From: a bacterium
GTDB lineage: Bacteria; Patescibacteriota; Patescibacteriia; UBA1558; S5-K13
Assembly: GCA_029555085.1 (NCBI GenBank)
Contig: JAKPTO010000030.1
Coordinates: 1 to 63,608 of the forward strand
DNA: 63,608 bases
Direction of reading: 5' to 3'
In this document: positions 25,020 through 34,338 of the stretch, piece after piece
How positions within the stretch are numbered: position 1 is the first letter of the stretch
Layout: every line of letters starts with the position of its first letter
Program-made: the position numbers and the translations under genes
Notes under the pieces: generated by a model
The model's database searches: none
Seen by the model: only the letters and a program-made list of their open reading frames with translations
Told to the model about the DNA's origin: nothing

Positions 25020-25109
25020 GGAGAGATGGCCGAGCGGTTGAAGGCACCACACTGCTAACGTGGCAGGGCGTAAAAACCCTCGAGGGTTCGAATCCCTCTC
25101 TCTCCGCCA
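25020..25109 (+). tRNA. tRNA-Ser (anticodon GCU), long variable arm, CCA encoded
   Basis: The acceptor is GGAGAGA/TCTCTCC, the D-loop is GCCGAGCGGTTGAAGGC, the anticodon loop is CTGCTAA, the long variable arm is GGCAGGGCGTAAAAACCCTC, and the T-arm is GAGGG-TTCGAAT-CCCTC. Total length is 90 nt. Confidence 0.9.
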
Positions 25110-25275
25110 ACACAATTTTTTAGCTGAACAATATATTAGATAATTGGCGTATCAGTATGATAAATCTTGTAAATGTTTAATGTATTAAAGTTTTTAATTA
25201 TTTCAGCTCAAAGTAGCTTGTTATTTATATATTAAGATTTATGCAGAGCGTTTAATAAAGAGCATAAAATTCATA

Positions 25276-26778
25276 TTATTTTCTTCTTTTCCATCTTCTT
25301 AATCTAGTAATAATTCTTTTTGTTGTGGTATTAACTTCTTTTAGTGAGGAGTTTTTTATTTTTTCTTTTGCGGTGTTTGTTTTTACAAAATTAAGCCAAT
25401 CAGGATTAGGATAAATTCTATTTTTATCTGTTATTATTTCAACTACATCTCCATTTTTAAGCTCAGCATCAAGTTTTGCAATTTTATTATTTATTTTTAC
25501 AGAAACACATTTATTGCCTATATCAGTATGTATGTGATATGCGAAATCAATAGGAGTTGATCCTTCAGGTAAATCTATAACATCGTTTTTTGGGGTAAAA
25601 ATAAAAATTCGAGATTTAAATATATCAGTATTTAACTTGATTGATTTTATATAATCTCTATTATTTTTTATTTTACCCTGCCATTTTACTAGATCTTTTA
25701 TCCAGTCCAAGTTTTGATTTTCTAGATTTTTATAAGTTTTGTCTTCATAACTCCAGTGTGAAGCTATTCCAAATTCTGCCATGTTATCCATTTCCGCGGT
25801 TCTTATTTGTATTTCAATTGGATTGTGAGTTTCATTAAAAACCGTGGTATGCAAAGATTGATAACCATTTGGTTTTTTTTGTGATATGTAGTCCTTAACC
25901 CTGCCATTTAGCGGTTGATAATGATTGTGTATGATTCCAAGCGTTGAATAGCAGGTTTCAATATCTTTTACAATAATTCTGAGCGCTATTAGGTCGTATA
26001 TTTTATTTATATCTTTGTCTTTTTTGAGTAATTTTAAATAAAGTGAATATAATCTTTTTTGTCTGCCATAGATAGAATGAAACTGCACTTTATTTTCTTT
26101 CAAAATTTTTATTATATTTTTTTTTGTTTGATTTAAAGACAATGTTTTTTCTCCAATTTGTGATTTGAATTGCTTTATTGTCCACTTATATTCAACTGGG
26201 TATACGTATTTAAAAGATAAATCCTCCAATTCTTCTTTTATTTTATACATTCCTAATCGTCCAGCAATTGGAGCATATATTTCAAGAGATTCAAGTGCTA
26301 TTCTATATCTTTTTTCTTGATTTTTGTGGTATTTTAGAGTTTTTAAATTGTGTAAACGATCAGCAAATCTAATTATTATTACTCTTATGTCCTTACTCAT
26401 TGCAATAAACATTTTTCTTAAATTTTCTGCATATCTTTCTGCGCCACTATATTTTATTGTTCCAATTTTTGTATCGCCTTCTACTAGCTGAGCAATATCG
26501 CTTCCAAATTCAGATTTTATATCATCTACTGTAAAAGCGTTTTCTTCTAGAACATCATGTAACAATCCAGCTATTACTGTATCTACATTCATTTTCCATT
26601 TTGTGAGCGTGTATGCTGTTTCGAGTGGATGTGTTATATATTCTTCTCCACTGAGACGCTTTTGACCTTGATGAGCAACACAAGCAAACTCCCAGGCTTT
26701 TAGAAGTAATTTTTCATTATAATTGCTTATATTATGATTTTTTTTGAGTAAATTTAATACATCTTTTATGTCTCTCAT
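25276..26778 (-). CDS. relA: RelA/SpoT homologue: HD hydrolase, (p)ppGpp synthetase and TGS domains
   Basis: 500 aa. The HD motif is HPLETAY...LLHDVLEE, the synthetase motifs are DLIALRIIV and YQSLHTTV and EIQIRT, and the TGS domain is IFIFTPKNDVIDLPEGSTPIDFAYHIHTDIG. It lacks the long ACT/ZFD C-terminus. Confidence 0.88.
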   Translation of the reverse strand: MRDIKDVLNLLKKNHNISNYNEKLLLKAWEFACVAHQGQKRLSGEEYITHPLETAYTLTKWKMNVDTVIAGLLHDVLEENAFTVDDIKSEFGSDIAQLVEGDTKIGTIKYSGAERYAENLRKMFIAMSKDIRVIIIRFADRLHNLKTLKYHKNQEKRYRIALESLEIYAPIAGRLGMYKIKEELEDLSFKYVYPVEYKWTIKQFKSQIGEKTLSLNQTKKNIIKILKENKVQFHSIYGRQKRLYSLYLKLLKKDKDINKIYDLIALRIIVKDIETCYSTLGIIHNHYQPLNGRVKDYISQKKPNGYQSLHTTVFNETHNPIEIQIRTAEMDNMAEFGIASHWSYEDKTYKNLENQNLDWIKDLVKWQGKIKNNRDYIKSIKLNTDIFKSRIFIFTPKNDVIDLPEGSTPIDFAYHIHTDIGNKCVSVKINNKIAKLDAELKNGDVVEIITDKNRIYPNPDWLNFVKTNTAKEKIKNSSLKEVNTTTKRIITRLRRWKRRK

Positions 26779-26815
26779 AATTTGATTATAACATTATAAA
26801 AAAACCTGACCAGAG

Positions 26816-28861
26816 TCAGGATTTTTTCGTTTTTTTGCAATCTTTATTGGAGCACTTTTCTTGGTTTCTAAACTCTACCATCGGGGAGCCACACTTTTCG
26901 CAAATATTTCCAGTTGGTTTGCTCCATGAAGCGAATTTACACTCCGGATAATTCTTACATCCATAAAAGATTTTTCCACGCTTTGTCCTTTTGATTATAA
27001 CGGCTCCGGTTTTACAAATAGGACAGTTTATATTTAATTCTTCGGTAATTGTTTTTGTGTTTTTACATTCTGGAAAGTTTGAGCAAGCAATAAATTTTCC
27101 AAATCTTCCAAATTTTATTACCATGGGAGAGCCACACTTTTCACAAATCTGATCCGTTTCTTCTGTTGTATCAACTTTTTCCACTGATTCGTATTTTTCT
27201 AATAATTTTTTTTCAAATGGTTTATAAAAATCAGATAAAAATGGCCTCCATTGTTTTTTTCCTATTGCTATTTCATCAAGACCACTTTCTATATTTGCAG
27301 TAAATTGATAATCAACTATTTCGGGAAATTCTTCTTTGAGCATTTTATTTACTAATTCTCCAATTTCAGTTGGGATCAATCTTTTTTGTTCTTTAATTAC
27401 ATATTTTCTTGCAATTATTGTAGAAATCGTTGGCGCGTATGTAGATGGACGACCAATTCCAAGTTTTTCCATTGCTTTTATAAGAGAAGCTTCGTTGTAT
27501 CTTGCTGGCGCTTCTGTGAATTTTTGTTCGCCGTTTATGTTTTTTAATTCTACCGCGTCGTTTTTATTGACTTCTGGGAGTTGATTTTCAGCGACATTTG
27601 ATTTATAGATTTTCATAAATCCATCAAATATAATAATATTTCCGCTTGAAACAAATGTAAACTTTTCTGCATCGTCTGAAATCTCTATTTTTGTATTTTT
27701 TATTTTCGCACTAGACATTTGACTAGCAACAGCTCTTTCCCAGATTAATTTATATAATTTAAATTGTTTTGCATCTAAATATTGTTCAATTTTTTCTGGT
27801 GTGTTTTCCACGCTTGTTGGTCTTATTGCTTCGTGAGCTTCCTGAGCATTTTTAGATTTTGTTTTATATTTTCTGGCATTGGAATATTGTTCTCCTAAAT
27901 TTTCTTTTATAAATTTGGAACATGATGCAATAAATCCTTCTGATAAATTTACAGAATCAGTTCTCATATAGGTTATAAGACCAGTGCTTCCAGTATGAAT
28001 TTCTATTCCTTCGTATAATTGTTGAGCTAAAAGCATTGTTTGTTTTGAGCTAAAACCCAATTTATTATTTGCAGATTGTTGCAAAGTTGAAGTTGTAAAT
28101 GGAGCTAGTGGATTTTTTGCTACATCGTTTGATTCAACATTTGATATTTTATAATCAAGAGATTTTATTTGCGATATTAAATCATCTGACTTTTGATTTG
28201 AATTTATTTCAAATTTATCAAAACTTTTTTTATTGATTTTTGTGAGTTCTGATTTTATTTCTGTTTTTTCTTTTGTAAAAAAATCAGCTAGAATTTTCCA
28301 ATATTCTTGAGATTTAAAATTTCTTATCTCATCTTCTTTGTCGCAAATAAGTCTTACTGCGGCTGATTGAACTCTTCCCGCTGACAATCCTTTTGAAATT
28401 TTTTTCCATAAAAATGGAGAAAGTTTGTATCCAACTAATCTATCTAATATTCTTCTTGCTTGCTGAGCATTGACTAGATTTTCATCAAGCTCTCTAGGAT
28501 TTTCTAGCGCTTTTTCTAGAGCAGTTTTTGTAATTTCATGAAATGCTATTCTTTTGAAGTTTTTTGGTTTTAGTAAATAATTTAAGTGCCATGAAATTGC
28601 TTCCCCTTCTCGATCTTCATCAGTTGCGAAAAATACCATTTTTGCTGTTTTTGCCAATTTTTTAAGTTTTAGAACATTTGCTTTTGCTTTTTTTGGAACA
28701 GTGTATTCTGGTTCAAAATCTTCTTCTATTTTTACTCCCAATTTTCTCTCTGGCAAGTCCCTGACATGACCATATGAAGATTCAACATCATAACTACTAT
28801 CCAAAAATTTTTTTATTGTTTTCGCTTTTGTTGGTGATTCAACAATAACTAAATTTTTCAT
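26816..28861 (-). CDS. topA: DNA topoisomerase I
   Basis: 681 aa. The TOPRIM start is LVIVESPTKAKTI, followed by DEDREGE. The active-site Tyr context is ITYMRTDS. There are three C-terminal C4 zinc ribbons (CEKCGSPM...). Confidence 0.95.
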   Translation of the reverse strand: MKNLVIVESPTKAKTIKKFLDSSYDVESSYGHVRDLPERKLGVKIEEDFEPEYTVPKKAKANVLKLKKLAKTAKMVFFATDEDREGEAISWHLNYLLKPKNFKRIAFHEITKTALEKALENPRELDENLVNAQQARRILDRLVGYKLSPFLWKKISKGLSAGRVQSAAVRLICDKEDEIRNFKSQEYWKILADFFTKEKTEIKSELTKINKKSFDKFEINSNQKSDDLISQIKSLDYKISNVESNDVAKNPLAPFTTSTLQQSANNKLGFSSKQTMLLAQQLYEGIEIHTGSTGLITYMRTDSVNLSEGFIASCSKFIKENLGEQYSNARKYKTKSKNAQEAHEAIRPTSVENTPEKIEQYLDAKQFKLYKLIWERAVASQMSSAKIKNTKIEISDDAEKFTFVSSGNIIIFDGFMKIYKSNVAENQLPEVNKNDAVELKNINGEQKFTEAPARYNEASLIKAMEKLGIGRPSTYAPTISTIIARKYVIKEQKRLIPTEIGELVNKMLKEEFPEIVDYQFTANIESGLDEIAIGKKQWRPFLSDFYKPFEKKLLEKYESVEKVDTTEETDQICEKCGSPMVIKFGRFGKFIACSNFPECKNTKTITEELNINCPICKTGAVIIKRTKRGKIFYGCKNYPECKFASWSKPTGNICEKCGSPMVEFRNQEKCSNKDCKKTKKS

Positions 28862-28881
28862 TATTTTGTAATTTATAATTT

Positions 28882-30165
28882 TTAGAAACTTTTTCTATTT
28901 TTTAAAATATAATTTTCATCTATCCATTTTTCTCTTAAACTTCCTGTTAGATACATAGATCCAGTAATTACCAGGCAGTCAGAACTTTCAGTTTGTGTTA
29001 ATCCAAATTCAAGAGCATGCCATGGATCTAAAAAATAATCTATTTTCGCTTTTGTTCGTAATTTTTTTATTATATTTTTGAATTCAATCATTGAGGCAGT
29101 TTTCCTACCGGCATTTAGCGTTAATGATCTTGTAAAAATTATATAATCTGCTAGATGAGCTATTTCTTCAAGAGATTGAGCAACATTTTTATCTGCTACC
29201 ATACCATAAACAACTATTAGTTTTCTATATTTTATTGTTTTTAAATCTTCTGCTAATTTTTTTAGTTTAATTCTGTTGTGAGCACCATCTATTATTACAT
29301 GTGGTGATTCTTGAATTGTTTCAAATCTACATGGAAGTTTTGTTTGTTTTATTCCCTTTTCTATTGCTTTTTTATTTATATTGAGAAATTCTCCTATTTT
29401 TTTTGCAATCGCACTATTTTTTTCATTAGAACTAATACCCTTTACTTTTATAGATACAAATTTAGATTTTTCTTTATCACATTTTGTTTGGAACATTTTT
29501 AAAATTTTAGGACGCTCTTCTGTCGTGATGAGAGTACAGTTCTTTTTTACTATTCCCATTTTTTCTTTTGCTATTAATTCAAGTGTATTTCCTAAAACAT
29601 CTTGGTGATCATAATCAATATTTGTTATAACAGCATATTTTGTATTTTTTATAACATTTGTAGCGTCATTGAGTCCGCCGAGTCCTACTTCAAGCACAAC
29701 CCAATCACATTTTTCTTTTGCAAAATATACAAATCCAACAGCCACAAAAACTTCAAAGTATGATGGTACTCCGTATGGACTTTTTATTGCGCATTCTGTT
29801 AGTGGTTTTTTGAAACTCTCTATTATATTTGCGAAATCGTTTGGAGAAATATATTCATTATTAATTCTTATTCTTTCTATACTTGTTGTTGTGTGTGGTG
29901 AGTAATACGAACCAACTTTATAACCACCACATTTTAAAACATTGTGTATTGCACAAGTTGTTGATCCTTTTCCAGCAGTTCCAGTTACATGAATATATTT
30001 TAATTTATTTTGTGGATTTCCTATTAATTTTAAAAAATAATTTAATCTTTCTACAAAAAAAGATCTATTCAATTTACGATTACCTCTTTTCATGTAATCA
30101 ATAGAGGGTATGTTATTAAGCGATTTTAAGAATTCAACCGCATTTTGATATTTAGAATTTCGCAT
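28882..30165 (-). CDS. folC: Mur-ligase-family folylpolyglutamate synthase/dihydrofolate synthase-like protein
   Basis: 427 aa. The P-loop is VTGTAGKGST. The central domain motifs are EVGLGG..DATN and DHQDVLG, followed by a C-terminal Mur ligase domain. Confidence 0.7.
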   Translation of the reverse strand: MRNSKYQNAVEFLKSLNNIPSIDYMKRGNRKLNRSFFVERLNYFLKLIGNPQNKLKYIHVTGTAGKGSTTCAIHNVLKCGGYKVGSYYSPHTTTSIERIRINNEYISPNDFANIIESFKKPLTECAIKSPYGVPSYFEVFVAVGFVYFAKEKCDWVVLEVGLGGLNDATNVIKNTKYAVITNIDYDHQDVLGNTLELIAKEKMGIVKKNCTLITTEERPKILKMFQTKCDKEKSKFVSIKVKGISSNEKNSAIAKKIGEFLNINKKAIEKGIKQTKLPCRFETIQESPHVIIDGAHNRIKLKKLAEDLKTIKYRKLIVVYGMVADKNVAQSLEEIAHLADYIIFTRSLTLNAGRKTASMIEFKNIIKKLRTKAKIDYFLDPWHALEFGLTQTESSDCLVITGSMYLTGSLREKWIDENYILKNRKSF

Positions 30166-30204
30166 ATTTTATTCATTTATTGATTTAAAAAAAGAAAACA
30201 TCGC

Positions 30205-31296
30205 CTAATATTTGAGTTCGTAGATTTGCCCTCCTAAATTTTTAATCAATCCACTTAGCTCCATTTCTGTTAAATTTGACATGACGATATTTGTATTAAG
30301 TCTACTATACTCTATGATTTTGTCAACCTTTAAAGGTCCGTCTAAGAGAATTTTATATATAATTTTATGATTTTCAGATAAAAAATTAATTTTTTGTTGT
30401 GATTTTTGATTATCTTTTATATTGTATATTTCTAATATATCATTTACATCTGTTATTATTTTTGCGCCTTGTTTTATTAGCATATTGCAACCATCTTGAT
30501 TTTTGTTAAATATATTCCCAGGACAAGTTAAAACCTCTCTATTTTCAGATAATGCAAAATTGGCAGTAATTAAAGCTCCTGATTTCATACCAGCTTGAAC
30601 TACAAAAGTTGCCTGCGATAATCCCGCAATTATTCTGTTTCTTTGTGGAAAGTTTTGTTTTTTGTATGGAAAATTTATTCCATATTCTGAAATTATGAGT
30701 CCACTTTTTTCTATTTGTTTCGCAAGATTAAGATTTGATAAGGGACTTGGTTTTGTTATATCAGATCCCAAAACAGCAATTGTTTCACCTTTTGTTTTTA
30801 ATGTTTCTATGTGAGAAAGAGAATCAATTCCATTTGCAAGTCCAGATACTATTGTAATGTTTTTTCTTGCGCAAATGGTGACAAATTTTTCAACTATAGA
30901 TTTTCCATAAGAGTCAAATTTTCTAGAACCAACCACACTTAAAAAATTTTTATTTTTTAGTAATTCTAAATTTCCTTTTGTAAAAAGCACAAGCGGAGGA
31001 GAAAAAATTTGTTTTAATAGATATGGGTAATCGTCGCTAAAATAATTTATTATTTTTATATTTTGCTTCTCGTGTGTTTCCCAAATTGTATTATAATCAA
31101 TTTTACTTTTTTGATTTATAAAATAATTTGTAAAATTTTCTGTAAATCTATTATTTATTAATTCTTTATAATTTAGGTTCCAAATTTTTTCCCAATCTTT
31201 GAATATATCAAATAATTTTTTTACTTTTTTAAAACCAATATTAGGAATTAAAAAAAGGCCCAATAAAATTTTTTTATGTTCTAGCTCCATAATCAC
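30205..31296 (-). CDS. dprA: DNA processing protein DprA (Smf)
   Basis: 363 aa. It has an N-terminal SAM-like domain, a Rossmann core (VVGSRKFDSYGK, SGLANGIDSLSH, PQRNRIIAGLS) and a C-terminal winged-helix-like tail. dprA-topA synteny is common in bacteria. Confidence 0.9.
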   Translation of the reverse strand: MIMELEHKKILLGLFLIPNIGFKKVKKLFDIFKDWEKIWNLNYKELINNRFTENFTNYFINQKSKIDYNTIWETHEKQNIKIINYFSDDYPYLLKQIFSPPLVLFTKGNLELLKNKNFLSVVGSRKFDSYGKSIVEKFVTICARKNITIVSGLANGIDSLSHIETLKTKGETIAVLGSDITKPSPLSNLNLAKQIEKSGLIISEYGINFPYKKQNFPQRNRIIAGLSQATFVVQAGMKSGALITANFALSENREVLTCPGNIFNKNQDGCNMLIKQGAKIITDVNDILEIYNIKDNQKSQQKINFLSENHKIIYKILLDGPLKVDKIIEYSRLNTNIVMSNLTEMELSGLIKNLGGQIYELKY

Positions 31297-31371
31297 TTTT
31301 CTAATTGTTATAATGTGATTATATTAGATAATTTTTTATTTTGCAAGTTTTACCCAGCTATTGACAAAAAA

Positions 31372-31400
31372 ATTTAGATATGCTATTATAATATATTATA
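31372..31400 (+). promoter_or_regulatory. Near-consensus sigma-70 promoter driving the ORF-less transcript at 31.4-31.7 kb
   Basis: -35 TTGACA (31372-31377), an exact 17 nt spacer, and -10 TATTAT (31395-31400). Confidence 0.6.
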
Positions 31401-31406
31401 ATATAA

Positions 31407-31695
31407 TAGAAAATTAAAAATATATAAAATATGCATAATTTTGCGGAGAAATTGCCATGATTCTTTAGTAATCAATTAGGCTATTTATATAAAAATATTA
31501 TTCTCCGCAGCATTATTCATATTTATATTTCTGTTCGCTAGTAGTTTTTAGTTACCCCCCTCCTGGTGGCTTTAAACGCAAGTTAGGTGGCTTTTCTTGC
31601 TTCGGCATGTGAGAGCTATTTACACTAGCGGATAGTAATATAAATATGATAAACAATCTTTTGTTCACAAGAGGTTGTTTTTTTATTAAAATTGT
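31407..31695 (+). ncRNA. Candidate structured RNA (orphan sRNA or cis-regulatory leader of the downstream lipoprotein gene); class unknown
   Basis: There is no ORF longer than 9 codons. The first hairpin is TGCGGAGAA (31443-31451) paired with TTCTCCGCA (31512-31520). A long closing helix pairs TCATATTTATATT/CGCTAGT (31528-31553) with ACTAGCG/AATATAAATATGA (31635-31660). That helix encloses a locally GC-rich core (CCCCCCTCCTGGTGGC, two GGTGGCTTT boxes, a GC-UUCG-GC tetraloop). An intrinsic terminator follows 2 nt later. Confidence 0.45.
31663..31695 (+). terminator. Rho-independent terminator ending the candidate RNA/leader
   Basis: AACAATCTTTTG-TTCA-CAAGAGGTTGTT forms 12 bp including two G-U pairs, followed by TTTTT. 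Confidence 0.75.
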
Positions 31696-31741
31696 GTTAA
31701 TTTAATACATTACGAAAATATTATTATAAAGGAGGAAAAAA

Positions 31742-32254
31742 ATGAAAAACATTTTTTTCGTGCTGTTGATAATCTTGCTTTTTTTGGTTTTATCTTGCGA
31801 TAAACCGACTCAAGTGAGATTAAGCGATGGAAATGAGGATGCAAACTTTCATGTTCCAGCATCTTCAGGATTGCTTGGAAATGTTGATCTTCACGTAATT
31901 CCTGAAACCATTCAGGGTTCAGCCATTATCCTTATTAATGGTCCTGGGGCGTCTATAGGATATGATATTCGCGATAGAAACGATTCTTCGTTTATTTATT
32001 TTGCGGATTCATATATTTCAGCCGGAGGCAAAACCATAGAAACAGGAACTGTCATACCCTACAATAAGTGGGTCCATATTCGTTTGGTGATTTACAAGTC
32101 AGGGTTATCTGGCTATGTGGTGTCATTTTTACAACTGCTTGGATTAGATTTTTTTGATTCGATTGAAGAGTATATGATCGAATCAGTTTATGAAGCGGAT
32201 TTTATGTTTGAGGGTCCGTCTCATGTGAAAAAAACTCAGTGGATTAAACACTGA
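31742..32254 (+). CDS. Putative lipoprotein (hypothetical)
   Basis: 170 aa. The signal peptide has the lipobox LVLS/C. A strong SD (AAAGGAGGA) lies 6 nt upstream. No family recognised. Confidence 0.6.
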   Translation: MKNIFFVLLIILLFLVLSCDKPTQVRLSDGNEDANFHVPASSGLLGNVDLHVIPETIQGSAIILINGPGASIGYDIRDRNDSSFIYFADSYISAGGKTIETGTVIPYNKWVHIRLVIYKSGLSGYVVSFLQLLGLDFFDSIEEYMIESVYEADFMFEGPSHVKKTQWIKH

Positions 32255-32266
32255 GAATAATAATAA

Positions 32267-32300
32267 AAAGCCCACTAATCTTGACTTAGTGGGCTTTTCT
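32267..32300. terminator. Bidirectional terminator between convergent genes
   Basis: AAAGCCCACTAA-tcttgac-TTAGTGGGCTTT, with an A-run upstream and a T-run downstream. Confidence 0.8.
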
Positions 32301-32318
32301 ATTTATATAAAAATTGAT

Positions 32319-32849
32319 TTATAATAAGGATTCTATTTTTTTTACAGCTTCTTGTAATGCTAAATTTATTTTTTCTATTTCACTGTTCATAAATTTTTGA
32401 AGCACAATATCTTCGCTTGGAATATTTTTCATTTCATCATTTTTAATTCCAATTCTAATTCTCATAAATTCACTTCCACCTAATTTTTCTATGATTGATT
32501 TTATACCATTGTGTCCAGCAGATGATTTAAATATTCCAGATTTCACTTCTCCCATTTCAATATCCAAATCGTCATAAATAATTATGATATCTTTTATGTC
32601 AATTTTATAATATTGTTTTATTAAACTAACTGCATCACCACTTAAATTCATAAAAGTTGTTGGTTTAGCAACAATAATTTCTCTAGATTTTAGAATTTCT
32701 GATTTCAATTTTTTATTTTCAGTAAACTTCCCTAAGTTGTTATTATCTATAAATAAATCAACTGCCATGAATCCGGCATTGTGTTTTGTTTCTTTGTATT
32801 CTTTTCCGGGATTTCCTAATCCGACTATAAGTTTCATATTGTTATTCAA
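32319..32849 (-). CDS. pth: Peptidyl-tRNA hydrolase
   Basis: 176 aa. It contains LIVGLGNPGKEYKETKHNAGF with the catalytic His, plus GHNGIKSI. Confidence 0.93.
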   Translation of the reverse strand: MNNNMKLIVGLGNPGKEYKETKHNAGFMAVDLFIDNNNLGKFTENKKLKSEILKSREIIVAKPTTFMNLSGDAVSLIKQYYKIDIKDIIIIYDDLDIEMGEVKSGIFKSSAGHNGIKSIIEKLGGSEFMRIRIGIKNDEMKNIPSEDIVLQKFMNSEIEKINLALQEAVKKIESLL

Positions 32850-32860
32850 GATTAGCTTTA

Positions 32861-34228
32861 TTATTTTTTTAACATTTTTTTAAGTTTTTTAACATAAATA
32901 GAAATTGAAAGTCCATATAAATCAAATTCTTCTCTGAGTTTTTTGCTTATAAATCTTACATATGATTCATTTAAACTTGTTTTATATCCGATTACAATTT
33001 CAAAAGATAATTTGTGCTCAGATTTTGTAATTTCATAAATTTTTGGTTTTTTTCTTCCTTTTCCAATTGTTGGTGGATGAATTTTTATAATTTTTTGTCT
33101 GAATTTTTCCAGAGCAGATTTATCAATTTGGATTTTTGATTTTTCGTATAATTTAATTGCTTCATCTAATATTCTTAAAACTCTAGTTTTATCAATTGCT
33201 GAAACAGGGATTATTTTTGCCCACCATAGAAATGGCATTATGTTATTATAATACTGTACATATTTGTCATAGGTTTTTAAATTTTTATCATTTATTAAAT
33301 CCCATTTATTCGCTACGACAATAAGTGATTTTTTAGATTTAATCGCAAGTTGCGCAATTTTCATATCTCCAACAGAAATATTTTTCGAAACATCTGTCAC
33401 TAAAATTATAATATTTGTTTTCGCAATTGCTTTTTTAGTTTGATCAACCGATTTTTGTTCTAATTCATTTTGTTTTGTTTTAGTTTTTCTTTTTCTTATT
33501 CCTGCAGTATCAATTAATACAAATGGATATCCTTTGAATTGAAATGGAATAAATTGCGCATCTCTTGTTGTGTGTTCTTCGTGAGAAACAATTACACGCT
33601 CTTCGTTTAATATCGAATTAATAATAGAGGATTTGCCAACATTTGTTTTTCCTATAAAAGCAATTTTTATTTCTTCTTTTTCTGTTGTTTTTTTAGATTT
33701 TAATTTTATGTTTTTAATTTTTTCAACTACCATATCAAGTAAATCACCAGTTCCAGATCCTGTTATTGCAGAAATTTTTTTTGGTTCACCTAGTCCTAAT
33801 TTTATAAATTCATCAGCCTGTATTCTCTCTTTTTTATTTCCGCATTTATTCGCAACTAAAATATAATTCAATTTATTTCTTTTTATATATGATGCGAAAT
33901 TTTTGTCCTGCGGAAGTATCCCAACTTTAGCATCAACTAAAAATAATATTAAATGTGATTGAGAAATTATTTTTTCTGCTTGCTCGATTATTTTTTTATC
34001 AACTAAACTATCCTTTTCTTTTTTCTTAAATAAATCATCTTCTATTCCGCCGGTGTCAACTATATTAAAAACTTTTCCAAGCCATTCTGTTTCTTGAGAA
34101 TTAATATCTCTTGTTGTCCCAGGAATTGTGCTTGTAATAGCTTTATTTTTTACGAGCAAATTAAAAAGAGTGGACTTCCCCACATTAGTCCTTCCCACGA
34201 TTGAAACAATTGGAAGATTTTTATTCAT
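32861..34228 (-). CDS. der: Ribosome-associated GTPase Der (EngA), tandem GTPase domains plus a KH-like domain
   Basis: 455 aa. The two G1 loops are GRTNVGKSTLFN and GKTNVGKSSIIN. The DTGG and DTAG G3 motifs and the NKCG/NKWD G4 motifs are present. Confidence 0.93.
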   Translation of the reverse strand: MNKNLPIVSIVGRTNVGKSTLFNLLVKNKAITSTIPGTTRDINSQETEWLGKVFNIVDTGGIEDDLFKKKEKDSLVDKKIIEQAEKIISQSHLILFLVDAKVGILPQDKNFASYIKRNKLNYILVANKCGNKKERIQADEFIKLGLGEPKKISAITGSGTGDLLDMVVEKIKNIKLKSKKTTEKEEIKIAFIGKTNVGKSSIINSILNEERVIVSHEEHTTRDAQFIPFQFKGYPFVLIDTAGIRKRKTKTKQNELEQKSVDQTKKAIAKTNIIILVTDVSKNISVGDMKIAQLAIKSKKSLIVVANKWDLINDKNLKTYDKYVQYYNNIMPFLWWAKIIPVSAIDKTRVLRILDEAIKLYEKSKIQIDKSALEKFRQKIIKIHPPTIGKGRKKPKIYEITKSEHKLSFEIVIGYKTSLNESYVRFISKKLREEFDLYGLSISIYVKKLKKMLKK

Positions 34229-34338
34229 TATATTTTAGTAACTAGCTTTCAGCTATAAATTTTATAAATCAAGTTTTATTTAAATTAATTTATTTTTACT
34301 ATTATATAGGCTGAAAGTTTTGAGATTAACAATTACGA

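Noticed and set aside
31407-31695. Assignment of the structured RNA to a known class (T-box, RNase P, tmRNA, SRP, 6S)
   Set aside because: I could not find the signature motifs I know for any of them. These are GAGGAAAGUCC for RNase P, the tRNA-like ends and tag ORF for tmRNA, the SRP domain IV GGAA/AGCA loops, and the T-box AGGGUGGNACCGCG. It is left unclassified rather than named.
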